A program made the translations under genes and the position numbers. Positions 40,950-49,819 of a DNA stretch of 64,000 nt are shown piece by piece. Origin of the DNA: Candidatus Spongiisociaceae bacterium. Lineage in GTDB: Bacteria; Actinomycetota; Acidimicrobiia; Spongiisociales; Spongiisociaceae. Each line of letters starts with the position of its first letter. Position 1 is the first letter of the stretch. Below the pieces are notes generated by a model. The model had not been told where the DNA came from and did not search any database. It was given only the letters and a program-made list of their open reading frames with translations. The stretch lies in contig CBDCOH010000002.1 in the NCBI GenBank assembly GCA_965219685.1, positions 2,560,001-2,624,000 on the forward strand, in the 5' to 3' direction.

Positions 40950-41851
40950 TCCTCAACCTTCAATGCCGAGAGGGCAGGGATCGACTCCCTTGCGACCCCT
41001 ACGTAGTGGCGATCAATCTCTATGCCGATACTGGCGTATCCGACAGCCTCCGCAGCGGCGAGCGTCGAACCTGAACCGGCAAATGGGTCAAGCACCGTTC
41101 CCTCACCAAGAGGAAGAACCGCTCGAACGATCTGACGCAGAAAGGCCTGTGGTTTAAGACTGGGGTGGGGTGCCAGCCTCCGTTCGGTAGATCGGGTTGG
41201 CGCTGACCGGATCACATCCCCGAATGGGCGAGCATTCGAGATTCGACGCAACCCACCGGTCTTGTACTTCCGGAGATTGTCCATGACCCTCCCTTCGATG
41301 GGTCTCCGGAACAGCAGCCAAGGCTCCCACTGGGAGCGAGGCATGACGCTCACACCAGGGAACTCATCGTGTGCGTTCTTGGGCCGGTCCCCTCCTCGAA
41401 GCGTCTGGACGAGCCTCACCAATTCTCCACGCCGCTCCAACCCTGCTGCAGTCAGTGCCCGGGCGACGATATGGCTCACCAGAGGATTCGACGCAACCAG
41501 AACATGTGCACCCGGAACCAATACGGGCCTGAGGAACTCTCCCCACTCCACGAAGAAGAGTTCCAGCGCGTGAAGATCCCTTGGGCTCAGCGTCGTGAAT
41601 CTAGGTAGAGGAGACCGCTTCGAACCGTCGAAACTCGGGGGTATCCGCCAGACCCCGCCCCGGCCTTGGCGCAACTTGGTTTGCTGTTCTCTCGTGTACT
41701 CCACGAGACCGTACGGAGGATCGGTCACTACGCCGTGCAAGGTCTTCTCCGGCTGGCCCTCCAACCAGGTCATGCAGTCTCCCTCGTAGAGACGGGACTG
41801 CCCGTACTCGAAGGCCAAGGAGAGGCCCGCTGATCCCTGAGGGAACGACAT
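40934..41851 (-). CDS. Beta-class DNA amino-methyltransferase (N6-adenine or N4-cytosine)
   Basis: Motif IV VTDPPY precedes HPSLKP and motif I VLDPFAGSGST. Confidence 0.93.
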   Translation of the reverse strand: MSFPQGSAGLSLAFEYGQSRLYEGDCMTWLEGQPEKTLHGVVTDPPYGLVEYTREQQTKLRQGRGGVWRIPPSFDGSKRSPLPRFTTLSPRDLHALELFFVEWGEFLRPVLVPGAHVLVASNPLVSHIVARALTAAGLERRGELVRLVQTLRGGDRPKNAHDEFPGVSVMPRSQWEPWLLFRRPIEGRVMDNLRKYKTGGLRRISNARPFGDVIRSAPTRSTERRLAPHPSLKPQAFLRQIVRAVLPLGEGTVLDPFAGSGSTLAAAEAVGYASIGIEIDRHYVGVARESIPALSALKVEDQSSR

Positions 41852-41916
41852 ATGTGTAACTTAACATGTGGGTAGGACGGCAACGGTCGCCGGGGGCGAT
41901 GCACCGGTCCCCAGCG

Positions 41917-44061
41917 TTAGTTGTCGAAGACCGAGTCGGCCAGGATCATCGAAATGTCCCTGACCGCCACCGATTCGTCCTCGCCCAACTCCCGGATGCC
42001 GTCGTCGAGCATGACGAAACAGAAGGGGCAGGCCACTGCCACCTCGTCGGCGCCGGTGGCCACGGCTTCCTCGGCGCGATCGATGTTGACCTTCTTGCCG
42101 ACGTGCTCCTCCATCCACATCTGGGAGCCGCCCGCACCGCAGCAGAATGAACGCGTACCCGAACGTCCCATCTCGACCACGTCGATCCCGCCGATCGACG
42201 CCACTACCCCACGAGGGGCCATGTACACGCCGTTGTGGCGACCGAGGTAGCACGAGTCGTGGTAGGTGACCTTCCGCCCTGATCCGTCCTTTGGCTCGAT
42301 CAGGCCCATCTCCACCAGTTCGGACAGGAGTTGGCTGTGATGGATGACCTCGTACTCACCGCCGAACTGCGGATACTCGTTCTTCAGGGTGTTGAAGCAG
42401 TGGGGACACTGGGTGATGACCTTCCTCACCCCTCGCTCCCCCAAGGTCTCGATGTTCTGCAGAGCGAGCATCTGGAAGACGAACTCGTTTCCGGAACGGC
42501 GGGCGGGATCGCCGGTGCACAACTCGGCCGGACCGAGGATGGCGAAGTCCACCCCGGCCTCGTGCATGAGCCGGGCGGTTGCCACCGTCACCTTCTGGTT
42601 CCGGTCGTCGAAGGAGCCCGCGCAGCCGACCCAGTACAGATACTCGGCCGTCTGCACATCCTGGCCGAGGATGGGAACGTCGAAATCCAACCGGGCCGTC
42701 CAGGCAGCCCGCTCACCCTGCCCCATCCCGTAGGGGTTGGAGGAGTTCTCCATCGACAGGTAGGCCTTGCCCAACTCGCTGGGGAAGTCCGCCTCCATGA
42801 GGGCTAGGTAGCGGCGCATGTCGAGGATCTTGTCGAGGATCTCGATGTCGACCGGGCATATCTCGTCGCATGCCTTGCAGGACGTGCATGCCCACAACTC
42901 CTCCGGGGTGATCCTCTCGAACACATTCTCCGCAGAGACGGTTATCGCCTGATCGACCGTGACCGGGGAGGTGACCACAGGCTCGGCGGTGCGGGCGGCC
43001 ACCTCCCCGAGCTTGAGGACGATCTCGCGGGGATCGAGGGGCTTCCCGGTGACGTTTGCGGGACACACCGACGTACACCGACCGCACACCGTGCAGGTGT
43101 CGGTGTCGAGAAGCTGCTTCCAGGTGAAGTCCCCGACCATCGCCGCGCCGACCGTCTCGATGTCCTCAACCTCCATCAGGTTGGGCATCTCCCGCATCGC
43201 GCCCGGTGGACGCTCGCGGGGACCCAAGAACATGTTGACGGGGGATGTGACCATGTGGCGGAGCTTGGTGGTGGGCAGCATCACGAGGAAGACGAGGAAG
43301 GACACGATGTGGAGTATCCAGATGACCTGATGGATGCCGGCGGCGGATCCGGCAGGAACCAGATAGGAGAGCGGGTAACCGACGAAAGACCAGATCTCGT
43401 GGGCCGGCCGGCCCTCCACTGCGATCCTCGCCGCCTCGGTCGCCACCCCCGTGATCCCGATCGCGGCCAGCGTGACGAGGATCCAGAGGTCCTCGGGTCG
43501 GGTCTTCGAGCGCAATCGCCACGGCGCCTGCGCGTACCGGCGAACCGCCGCCCACACCAGGCCGCCCAGGAATACCAGCGCCGCCCCGTCCAGCACGAAC
43601 GAGTAGACGCGGTAAACGTTGTCCTGTAGGAACTTGAAGTCTGCCGGAAGCAGATGGTCTATCTCGAGGGTCACCGTTCCGAGGAACAGGACCAGGAATC
43701 CGTAGTAGACCATCGAATGCATGAGCCCGGCCCACCGGTCCCGCATGAGCGTCTGCATTCGCAGCCCCACGCCCATCGCTTCGAGCCGGTCCTTCCACTG
43801 CCCCGTCCGCCGGTCCGGGCCACCCCGCTGCCAGTTTCGTGCCCGTAACGAGAACAGGTAGAAGGTCAGGAACAGGAAACCTGCCACCGCCACGTAGAAC
43901 AACGCCTCGAGGGCGGTCGGGATGTTGACGAAAACCTCGCGGGAGACGGGACTCTCGGCATGTCCGGGGAATTGACCGCCGAACCAACTCGCCAGCGTGC
44001 CGACGGCCGCCAGCACACCCAACCACACCAGGATCTCGGCGGCGGTGAACTTACGGCGCAT
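41917..44061 (-). CDS. Membrane Fe-S oxidoreductase (FadF/HdrD/GlpC-like, two CCG domains)
   Basis: N-terminal TM cytochrome b-like region, CTVCGRCTSVCP, CTSCKACDEICP, CPHC, YHDSC, CCGAGG and ACPFC. Confidence 0.93.
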   Translation of the reverse strand: MRRKFTAAEILVWLGVLAAVGTLASWFGGQFPGHAESPVSREVFVNIPTALEALFYVAVAGFLFLTFYLFSLRARNWQRGGPDRRTGQWKDRLEAMGVGLRMQTLMRDRWAGLMHSMVYYGFLVLFLGTVTLEIDHLLPADFKFLQDNVYRVYSFVLDGAALVFLGGLVWAAVRRYAQAPWRLRSKTRPEDLWILVTLAAIGITGVATEAARIAVEGRPAHEIWSFVGYPLSYLVPAGSAAGIHQVIWILHIVSFLVFLVMLPTTKLRHMVTSPVNMFLGPRERPPGAMREMPNLMEVEDIETVGAAMVGDFTWKQLLDTDTCTVCGRCTSVCPANVTGKPLDPREIVLKLGEVAARTAEPVVTSPVTVDQAITVSAENVFERITPEELWACTSCKACDEICPVDIEILDKILDMRRYLALMEADFPSELGKAYLSMENSSNPYGMGQGERAAWTARLDFDVPILGQDVQTAEYLYWVGCAGSFDDRNQKVTVATARLMHEAGVDFAILGPAELCTGDPARRSGNEFVFQMLALQNIETLGERGVRKVITQCPHCFNTLKNEYPQFGGEYEVIHHSQLLSELVEMGLIEPKDGSGRKVTYHDSCYLGRHNGVYMAPRGVVASIGGIDVVEMGRSGTRSFCCGAGGSQMWMEEHVGKKVNIDRAEEAVATGADEVAVACPFCFVMLDDGIRELGEDESVAVRDISMILADSVFDN

Positions 44062-44101
44062 CCGGGGCCTCCTAGAGCGACGGTCTCCGGAGTGTAGAGG
44101 G

Positions 44102-44304
44102 TGGTGGGTGGTGAATGGTGAATGGTGAATCGTGAATGGTGAATCGTGAATGGTGAATCGTGAATCGTGAATGGTGAATCGTGAATGGTGGATGGTGGAT
44201 GGTGGATGGTGGATGGTGGATGGTGGGTGGTGGATGGTGAATGGTGAATGGTGAATGGTGAATGGTGAATGGTGAATGGTGAATGGTGAATGGTGAATGG
44301 TGAG
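44102..44304. repeat. Tandem array of 29 heptamers (TGGTGAA with TCGTGAA, TGGTGGA and TGGTGGG variants)
   Basis: Counted directly: 203 nt in unbroken 7-nt phase between proC and the Fe-S oxidoreductase. Confidence 0.97.
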
Positions 44305-44322
44305 GTTCTAACCCATCACCGA

Positions 44323-45138
44323 TCACCGCGAGGCTTCGGCTCCCAGTTCGACGGACCGCTTGGTAGCTGCTGCTATCGCCTCGCCTACCAGTGGCCCGAA
44401 TCCGCCCTGGGCCATCACTGCCAGCGCCGCCTCGGTGGTTCCCCCTGGGGAGGTGACTTTGTGGCGGAGTTCGGCGGGCGAGTCTTCGGACACCTCCATC
44501 AAGCTCCCCGCCCCTTTGATCGTCCGGGCCGCAAGCCGTAGGGCTGTACCCGCGTCCAGACCCTGGCGGACTCCCTCCTCGACCATCGCTTCGGCGAGGA
44601 GGTACACGTAAGCAGGCCCGCTGCCGGACACAGCGGTAACCGCATCGAGGAGTTCCTCCGGCACTTCCTCCACCGCTCCGACAGCTGCGAGCACGGCGCG
44701 CGCCAAGGCCATGTGCTCGGGAGTCGCGTGGGCGCCGGGAGCACAAGCAGTAATACCCTCGCCGATGAGCGCGGGCGTGTTGGGCATCGTCCGGATCACG
44801 GGCACGGCTCCCAGAGCGCGCTCGTAGACGATGATCGGCACGCCGGCCACCAGGGCGACCAGAACCTGGTCAGCTGTCACGACCGCCGCCAACTGATCGA
44901 GGGCCGCGCGGATGTCCTGGGGCTTGACCGCGAGAACCACCACCTGCTGGCCGGAGACGCCATCCTGTGGAGAGGCGACTGTGCGGCAGCCGGTCGTTGC
45001 GCGAAGCTCGGCGGCTCTCGGCTCGTACGCCTCTATCAGGGTGAGCTCCGCCGGCTTCCAACCGGCCTTCATCAACCCTGACAGCACCGCGCCACCCATC
45101 GCACCCACTCCGACTATGGCTATGGAAGGTCTGGCCAT
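44323..45138 (-). CDS. proC: Pyrroline-5-carboxylate reductase
   Basis: GVGAMG, LAVKPQ, RTMPNTP, TAVSGSGPAY and VTSPGGTT. Confidence 0.96.
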   Translation of the reverse strand: MARPSIAIVGVGAMGGAVLSGLMKAGWKPAELTLIEAYEPRAAELRATTGCRTVASPQDGVSGQQVVVLAVKPQDIRAALDQLAAVVTADQVLVALVAGVPIIVYERALGAVPVIRTMPNTPALIGEGITACAPGAHATPEHMALARAVLAAVGAVEEVPEELLDAVTAVSGSGPAYVYLLAEAMVEEGVRQGLDAGTALRLAARTIKGAGSLMEVSEDSPAELRHKVTSPGGTTEAALAVMAQGGFGPLVGEAIAAATKRSVELGAEASR

Positions 45139-45200
45139 CGGCAGTCAGTATATGGCGGATCCGGCATCCGGGACAGGGATCGATAACCGAACCCGTAGGG

Positions 45201-45878
45201 TCAAACCGGTGACGACCGGCCCAGAACCTCCCGGATCGTCGATACCAGCGCCCCCACCGCATCCCGGTTGTATCCCTCGGGGATGATGACGTCGGCATAC
45301 CGCTTGGACGGCTCCACAAACTGGAGGTGCATCGGGCGCACGGTGGCCAGGTACTGACGCACGATGGAGTCGAATGACCTGCCCCGCTCCCTCATGTCCC
45401 GCTCCACCCGGCGGAGCACCCGCACGTCGGGATCGGTGTCTACGAATACCTGCAGATCCATGACCCGGCGCAGTTCGGGTTCCACGAGGATCAGGATTCC
45501 TTCGATCAGGACGACCGGGCGCGGCTCCACCACCGAGGTCTCGGGTCGGCGGAGATGCCGGGAGAAGTCGTAGACGGGTTGGTGGATGGGTCGGCCGGCC
45601 GCGAGATCCGTCACATGGGATGTGAGCAACTCCGTCTCCAGGGAATCTGGATGGTCGTAGTTGACCCTCGTTCGTTCCTCGTATGAGAGTTCGGGCCGGT
45701 GCCGGTAGTAGGCGTCGTGGGCTATCAGCGCCACGTGATCCGGCCCGATCTGCTCGACGATGGAGGCGCAGATGGTCGTCTTGCCGGAGCCCGAACCACC
45801 CGCCACTCCGATCACCAGAGGTGTCCCCTGCGGCCACTCCGGTTCCGGCGGCGCAGCCGTCCGGCCGTCCGGGGTCAC
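45201..45878 (-). CDS. udk: Uridine kinase
   Basis: IGVAGGSGSGKTT, DAYY, NYDHPDS, IEGIL, RDMRERGR and FVEPSKRYADVIIP. GTG 45878 overlaps the upstream stop. Confidence 0.94.
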   Translation of the reverse strand: MTPDGRTAAPPEPEWPQGTPLVIGVAGGSGSGKTTICASIVEQIGPDHVALIAHDAYYRHRPELSYEERTRVNYDHPDSLETELLTSHVTDLAAGRPIHQPVYDFSRHLRRPETSVVEPRPVVLIEGILILVEPELRRVMDLQVFVDTDPDVRVLRRVERDMRERGRSFDSIVRQYLATVRPMHLQFVEPSKRYADVIIPEGYNRDAVGALVSTIREVLGRSSPV

Positions 45879-46444
45879 CGCTTCTTCTTCCGGGCCTTCT
45901 GCTCGGCTTTCATCCGCGCCTTGTGCTGCCTCAGCTCCTCGATCTGATCGAAGTCGGAGATGTCGGCTATGGAAGGCCAGTCGGCCGCCACCGCCTCCCA
46001 GCCCTCCGGTGCCTCCTCCAGACGTTTGCCCACTATTCCTACGAAGATCCGGGACTTGGCGACGCCGAAGCCGGGCAGCTTCTTGAGACGCCTCAGCAGA
46101 TCCGGCCCATCGCCCGCGGTGCGCCAAACAGCCGCTACATCGCCGTCGTAGTCATCGACGAGGGCCTGGCAGAGAGCTTGGGTACGGCGACCCATCGAGT
46201 TGGGGAAGCGGTGCAGCGCCGGCGGCCCCCGGAATATGGACTCGAGTTCATCACCGTCCATCGAGGCAATGTGGGCCGCATCCAACGGACGGCCCAACCG
46301 CTCCTGGAGTAGGTGGGGCGAGTTGAACGCCATCTCCATCTTCACCTGCTGGTCGAGCAGCATTCCGATCATGAGGGCGAGCGGGCTGCGGGCCAGCAAC
46401 CGATTGGCCTCCTCCGAGTACGTCCACGGGAGTGTGTCCGGCAT
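45875..46444 (-). CDS. HhH-GPD-type base excision DNA repair protein (actinobacterial family)
   Basis: PLALMIGMLLDQQV.ME.AF, PALHRFP.SM and the HhH motif LKKLPGFG..KSRIF. Confidence 0.88.
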   Translation of the reverse strand: MPDTLPWTYSEEANRLLARSPLALMIGMLLDQQVKMEMAFNSPHLLQERLGRPLDAAHIASMDGDELESIFRGPPALHRFPNSMGRRTQALCQALVDDYDGDVAAVWRTAGDGPDLLRRLKKLPGFGVAKSRIFVGIVGKRLEEAPEGWEAVAADWPSIADISDFDQIEELRQHKARMKAEQKARKKKR

Positions 46445-46508
46445 CGATCCTCCTCTCGTAACCAAACGGTAGCGGTCGGGCCGGGATGTAGTACCCCGAC
46501 ACATCTGG

Positions 46509-47441
46509 TTGACTTGGAACGTGTCCGTGATGCTAAACCCCACCACCGAGAGGCAGGAGTGGCTGGAGATCCTCCGACGGGAACTCCCCGATGAGCGAAT
46601 CCAGCTGTGGCCGGACATCGACGACCCCGATTCGGTCGAGTTTGCCGTTTTCTGGCTCCACGACACCACCGACCTGCTCCGCTACCCGAAACTGCGGACC
46701 ATCCTGTCGGTGAGCGCCGGGGTGGAGCAGTTCCTCCGTGGCGACTACCCCGACGTACCGATCGTCAGGATGTCCGATCCGGCGATGGCGGACGAGATGG
46801 CGGCCTACGCCGTCCACTGGGTGGTCCACTTCCACCGCCGGATGGCCACCTACCTGGAACTCCAGACCGCGAGCGAGTGGCGTCCGATCAGGACCGTGGA
46901 TGCCCATGGCTTCCCGGTGGGCATTCTGGGTTATGGCATGATGGGCCGCAGGGTTGGAGATGCGCTCGCCCGGCTCGGATATCCGTTGGGGGCATGGACC
47001 CGGTCGGGTGGCCAGAATCCCGGCGTCACGCATTTTCGAGGATCCGACGGTCTCGACCAGATGTTGGGCGTCTCCGCCGCCGTCATAAACATCCTGCCGC
47101 TCACGCCGGACACCGAAGGACTGATGAACGCGGAGCGGTTCGCCCGATTCCGTGGTGGCGCCCTGTACATGTCGATGGGACGGGGCGGCACGACCGTCGA
47201 GGCCGACCTCCTCGCCGCGCTCGACCGCGGTCCCCTGAGGACAGCGGTGCTCGACGTAACCGCCGCGGAGCCACTGCCTCCCGGATCACCCCTCTGGAGC
47301 CACCCCAGGGTCCGGATCACCCCCCACGCAAGCGGGTTCACCAGGGCCCGGACTGCTGCCCCACTCGTAGCCGCCAACGTCCGCCGGATTCGCAGAGGTG
47401 AGCACCCATTCCCGTTGTACGATCCTCAACGGGGCTACTGA
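46509..47441 (+). CDS. Glyoxylate/hydroxypyruvate reductase A-like D-2-hydroxyacid dehydrogenase
   Basis: SAGVE, GILGYGMMG, LPLTPDT, GRG, LDV..EPLP and ITPH. Start uncertain (46509-46530). Confidence 0.9.
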   Translation: MTWNVSVMLNPTTERQEWLEILRRELPDERIQLWPDIDDPDSVEFAVFWLHDTTDLLRYPKLRTILSVSAGVEQFLRGDYPDVPIVRMSDPAMADEMAAYAVHWVVHFHRRMATYLELQTASEWRPIRTVDAHGFPVGILGYGMMGRRVGDALARLGYPLGAWTRSGGQNPGVTHFRGSDGLDQMLGVSAAVINILPLTPDTEGLMNAERFARFRGGALYMSMGRGGTTVEADLLAALDRGPLRTAVLDVTAAEPLPPGSPLWSHPRVRITPHASGFTRARTAAPLVAANVRRIRRGEHPFPLYDPQRGY

Positions 47442-47547
47442 ATGGTGCCACGGCAGCCGGCGCCACGCGGGGGTGACAAGTCCGGAAGCGGACGTCCCGT
47501 CCACCCTCTGGCATGACTCAGGTCCCTCTCGCTACTGTCCTGCGTAT

Positions 47548-48333
47548 ATGGATCTGGCTGACCGGGTGTGCGTGGTAACAGGAGGCGCAGGAGGGATCGG
47601 CGCGGCGCTCGCGCGCAGGTTCGTGGCCGAAGGCGCCGGCGCGGTCGTGATCACGGACCTTGACAAGGACCGGACCGCAGCCGCGGCGGCTGAGATAGGC
47701 TGCATCGGACTCCCCCGCGACGTCACGGATGCGCAGGCGGTCGGAAGCCTCGTCCGGCGCGTGCTTGCCGATCATGGAAGGATCGACCTCTTCGCCTCCA
47801 ATGCGGGGGCGTCCGTGGACGGGGGCGTCGACGTGCAGGACGGGGACTGGCAGAGGTTGTGGGACCTCCACGTCATGGCACATGTCTATGCGGCCCGGGC
47901 GGTGTTACGACCGATGATCGCTGCAGGAGGCGGCTACCTGCTGCAGACGGTGTCCGCCGCCGGGCTCCTCGCATCCCTGACCAGCCTTCCCTACACGGTC
48001 ACCAAGACCGCCTCGCTGGCGTTGGCCGAATGGTTGGCGATCACCTACCGCCAAGCCAACATCCGGGTGTCGGCAGTGTGTCCATTGGTAGTGGACACCC
48101 CTCTTGCGGCGCGCTTCCATCTCGATGGCGGGGCGGGGCCTGCCATGAGCCCGGATGAGGTCGCAGGAGCCGTCGTCGAAGGGATCCGCGACGAGCGCTT
48201 CCTCATCCTCCCCCATCCGGAGGTGGCTGACTTCATGGATCGGAAGGCCTCGGACAGGGATCGCTGGCTGGCCGGCATGTCCAGGTTGTTCGAACATGTC
48301 ACATCCGAGACCGGGGCGGACAGCTCCACTTGA
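47548..48333 (+). CDS. Short-chain dehydrogenase/reductase
   Basis: VTGGAGGIG, SNAG, SAAG and YTVTK (YxxxK). Confidence 0.92.
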   Translation: MDLADRVCVVTGGAGGIGAALARRFVAEGAGAVVITDLDKDRTAAAAAEIGCIGLPRDVTDAQAVGSLVRRVLADHGRIDLFASNAGASVDGGVDVQDGDWQRLWDLHVMAHVYAARAVLRPMIAAGGGYLLQTVSAAGLLASLTSLPYTVTKTASLALAEWLAITYRQANIRVSAVCPLVVDTPLAARFHLDGGAGPAMSPDEVAGAVVEGIRDERFLILPHPEVADFMDRKASDRDRWLAGMSRLFEHVTSETGADSST

Positions 48334-49151
48334 GAGTTGCAGCGATCGATCTGCGCGGCGTCACGGTGATGAAGGCCGGGAAGGAATTGATCTCCGGTGT
48401 GGACTGGCGGGTGGAAACGGGCGAGCGCTGGGTGCTGTTCGGTCCGAACGGGGCAGGTAAGACAACCCTGCTGCAGGTGGTCTCCACCTACCAGTTCCCG
48501 GCCCGGGGGACCGCCACCATCCTCGGCCAGCAGATGGGACACACCGACGTTCGCCGCCTCCGTCCCCGGATCGGCTATGTGGGACCGGCGCCGGCGGCCC
48601 TGGTCAGGCGTCACCTTCCGTGCAGGGACATCGTGGTCACCGGCCGCCATGCGGCGTTCGTGGACACGCGATGGCATCACTACACCGACGCGGACTGGGA
48701 ATTCGCCCACCGTCAAATGGAGACCATGGGAGTAGCGGCTCTGGCGGACCGCGAGTTCGCCACGCTTTCCGATGGGGAGAGGAAGCGGGTCCTCATCGCC
48801 AGGGCCCTCGTGGCTCGTCCCGACCTGCTGCTGCTGGACGAGCCTGGGACCGGGCTCGACCTGGGCGCGCGGGAACGCCTGATCGCTTCCCTGTCCGGCA
48901 TGGCCGGGAATGCGGAGGGCCTGACTGTGATCCTGGTCACCCACCATGTGGAGGAGATCCCCCCCGGATTCGACAGGATGCTGATCCTGGCCGATGGCCG
49001 GGTGACGGCCCGCGGGGAGATCAGCCGGACGCTGACCGGCGACACCCTGACCGCCATCTACGGAATCCCGATCGGGGTGACTTCTTCCAACGGCCGTTAC
49101 ATGGCTACAGGCAACCACCATCCGGGGCGGACCATTGGTCCCAACTCGTAA
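48330..49151 (+). CDS. ABC transporter ATP-binding protein (ModF/YlmA-like, orphan)
   Basis: GPNGAGKTT, LSDGE, LLLDEP and VTHHVEEIP. Confidence 0.9.
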   Translation: MRVAAIDLRGVTVMKAGKELISGVDWRVETGERWVLFGPNGAGKTTLLQVVSTYQFPARGTATILGQQMGHTDVRRLRPRIGYVGPAPAALVRRHLPCRDIVVTGRHAAFVDTRWHHYTDADWEFAHRQMETMGVAALADREFATLSDGERKRVLIARALVARPDLLLLDEPGTGLDLGARERLIASLSGMAGNAEGLTVILVTHHVEEIPPGFDRMLILADGRVTARGEISRTLTGDTLTAIYGIPIGVTSSNGRYMATGNHHPGRTIGPNS

Positions 49152-49342
49152 CTCCTGGTTGGCCCGGCCTTAACCCGGAGGTGGCACGGGATCGACATCC
49201 ATCGGGTACCTTCTCCGGTAACGCTCCGAGACTCGGCGAGCCAGGATTGCGACGCTCGCCGCGGCTCGGAGCCACATGTTCTCAGGGCAGAGGTTTCGCG
49301 CCTTCCGGGAAGCGCACGGTTGTTCCTCGACGGGCCGCCGGC

Positions 49343-49579
49343 TCAGACCTTGATGCCGCGGCGACGCATGTCGGCGATCACGGCCTCTATACCTTTCTTG
49401 TCGATCGTCTTTATCCCCTTGGTGCTGACCGTCAGGGTCACGTAGCGGCGCTGCGACGGAACCCAGTAGCGCTTCTTCTGGACATTCGGGGTCCAGCGAC
49501 GGTTCGAACGCTTGTGAGAGAACGAAACCTTCTTGCCGAACGTGGGCTTCTTCCCCGTCACCATGCAGATCTTGGACAT
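49343..49579 (-). CDS. rpmB: 50S ribosomal protein L28 (zinc-ribbon-less type)
   Basis: [10 protein letters not shown]...VSFSH....[12 protein letters not shown]...[15 protein letters not shown]. Confidence 0.95.
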   Translation of the reverse strand: MSKICMVTGKKPTFGKKVSFSHKRSNRRWTPNVQKKRYWVPSQRRYVTLTVSTKGIKTIDKKGIEAVIADMRRRGIKV

Positions 49580-49819
49580 GTCGAGACCCCCGCGATGTAG
49601 AGGGATAGGGCGGATGCCAGTCTAGATGAGATGGCAGGTAGCGCAAGCCCCGCCGCCCCAACTGCGGGACATCTGTCCCGGACGATGGGGTTCCCCGCTA
49701 TCGGGCCAGGTTCCGAGCCCTCCGTGCCGCGGTGAAAACAGGAGCTATTCCCAACCCGGTTTCGTGGCGTCTGCTAGGTTGCGAGAGGTTAGGCCAGCAA
49801 CAGGGGAGACCAGATTCAG

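Noticed and set aside
44102-44304. Possible CRISPR array (also considered for 52668-52931)
   Set aside because: The repeats are contiguous with no unique spacers, there are no cas genes, and the 33-bp repeat is in-frame coding.
44072-44746. 224-aa ORF with HHSPFTI repeats (also 15088-15342)
   Set aside because: It is the translation of the stop-free strand of the heptamer array and overlaps proC out of frame. There is no sign of a real protein.
49580-49819. GlnR box upstream of amt
   Set aside because: No clear GTNAC-N6-GAAAC match by eye.
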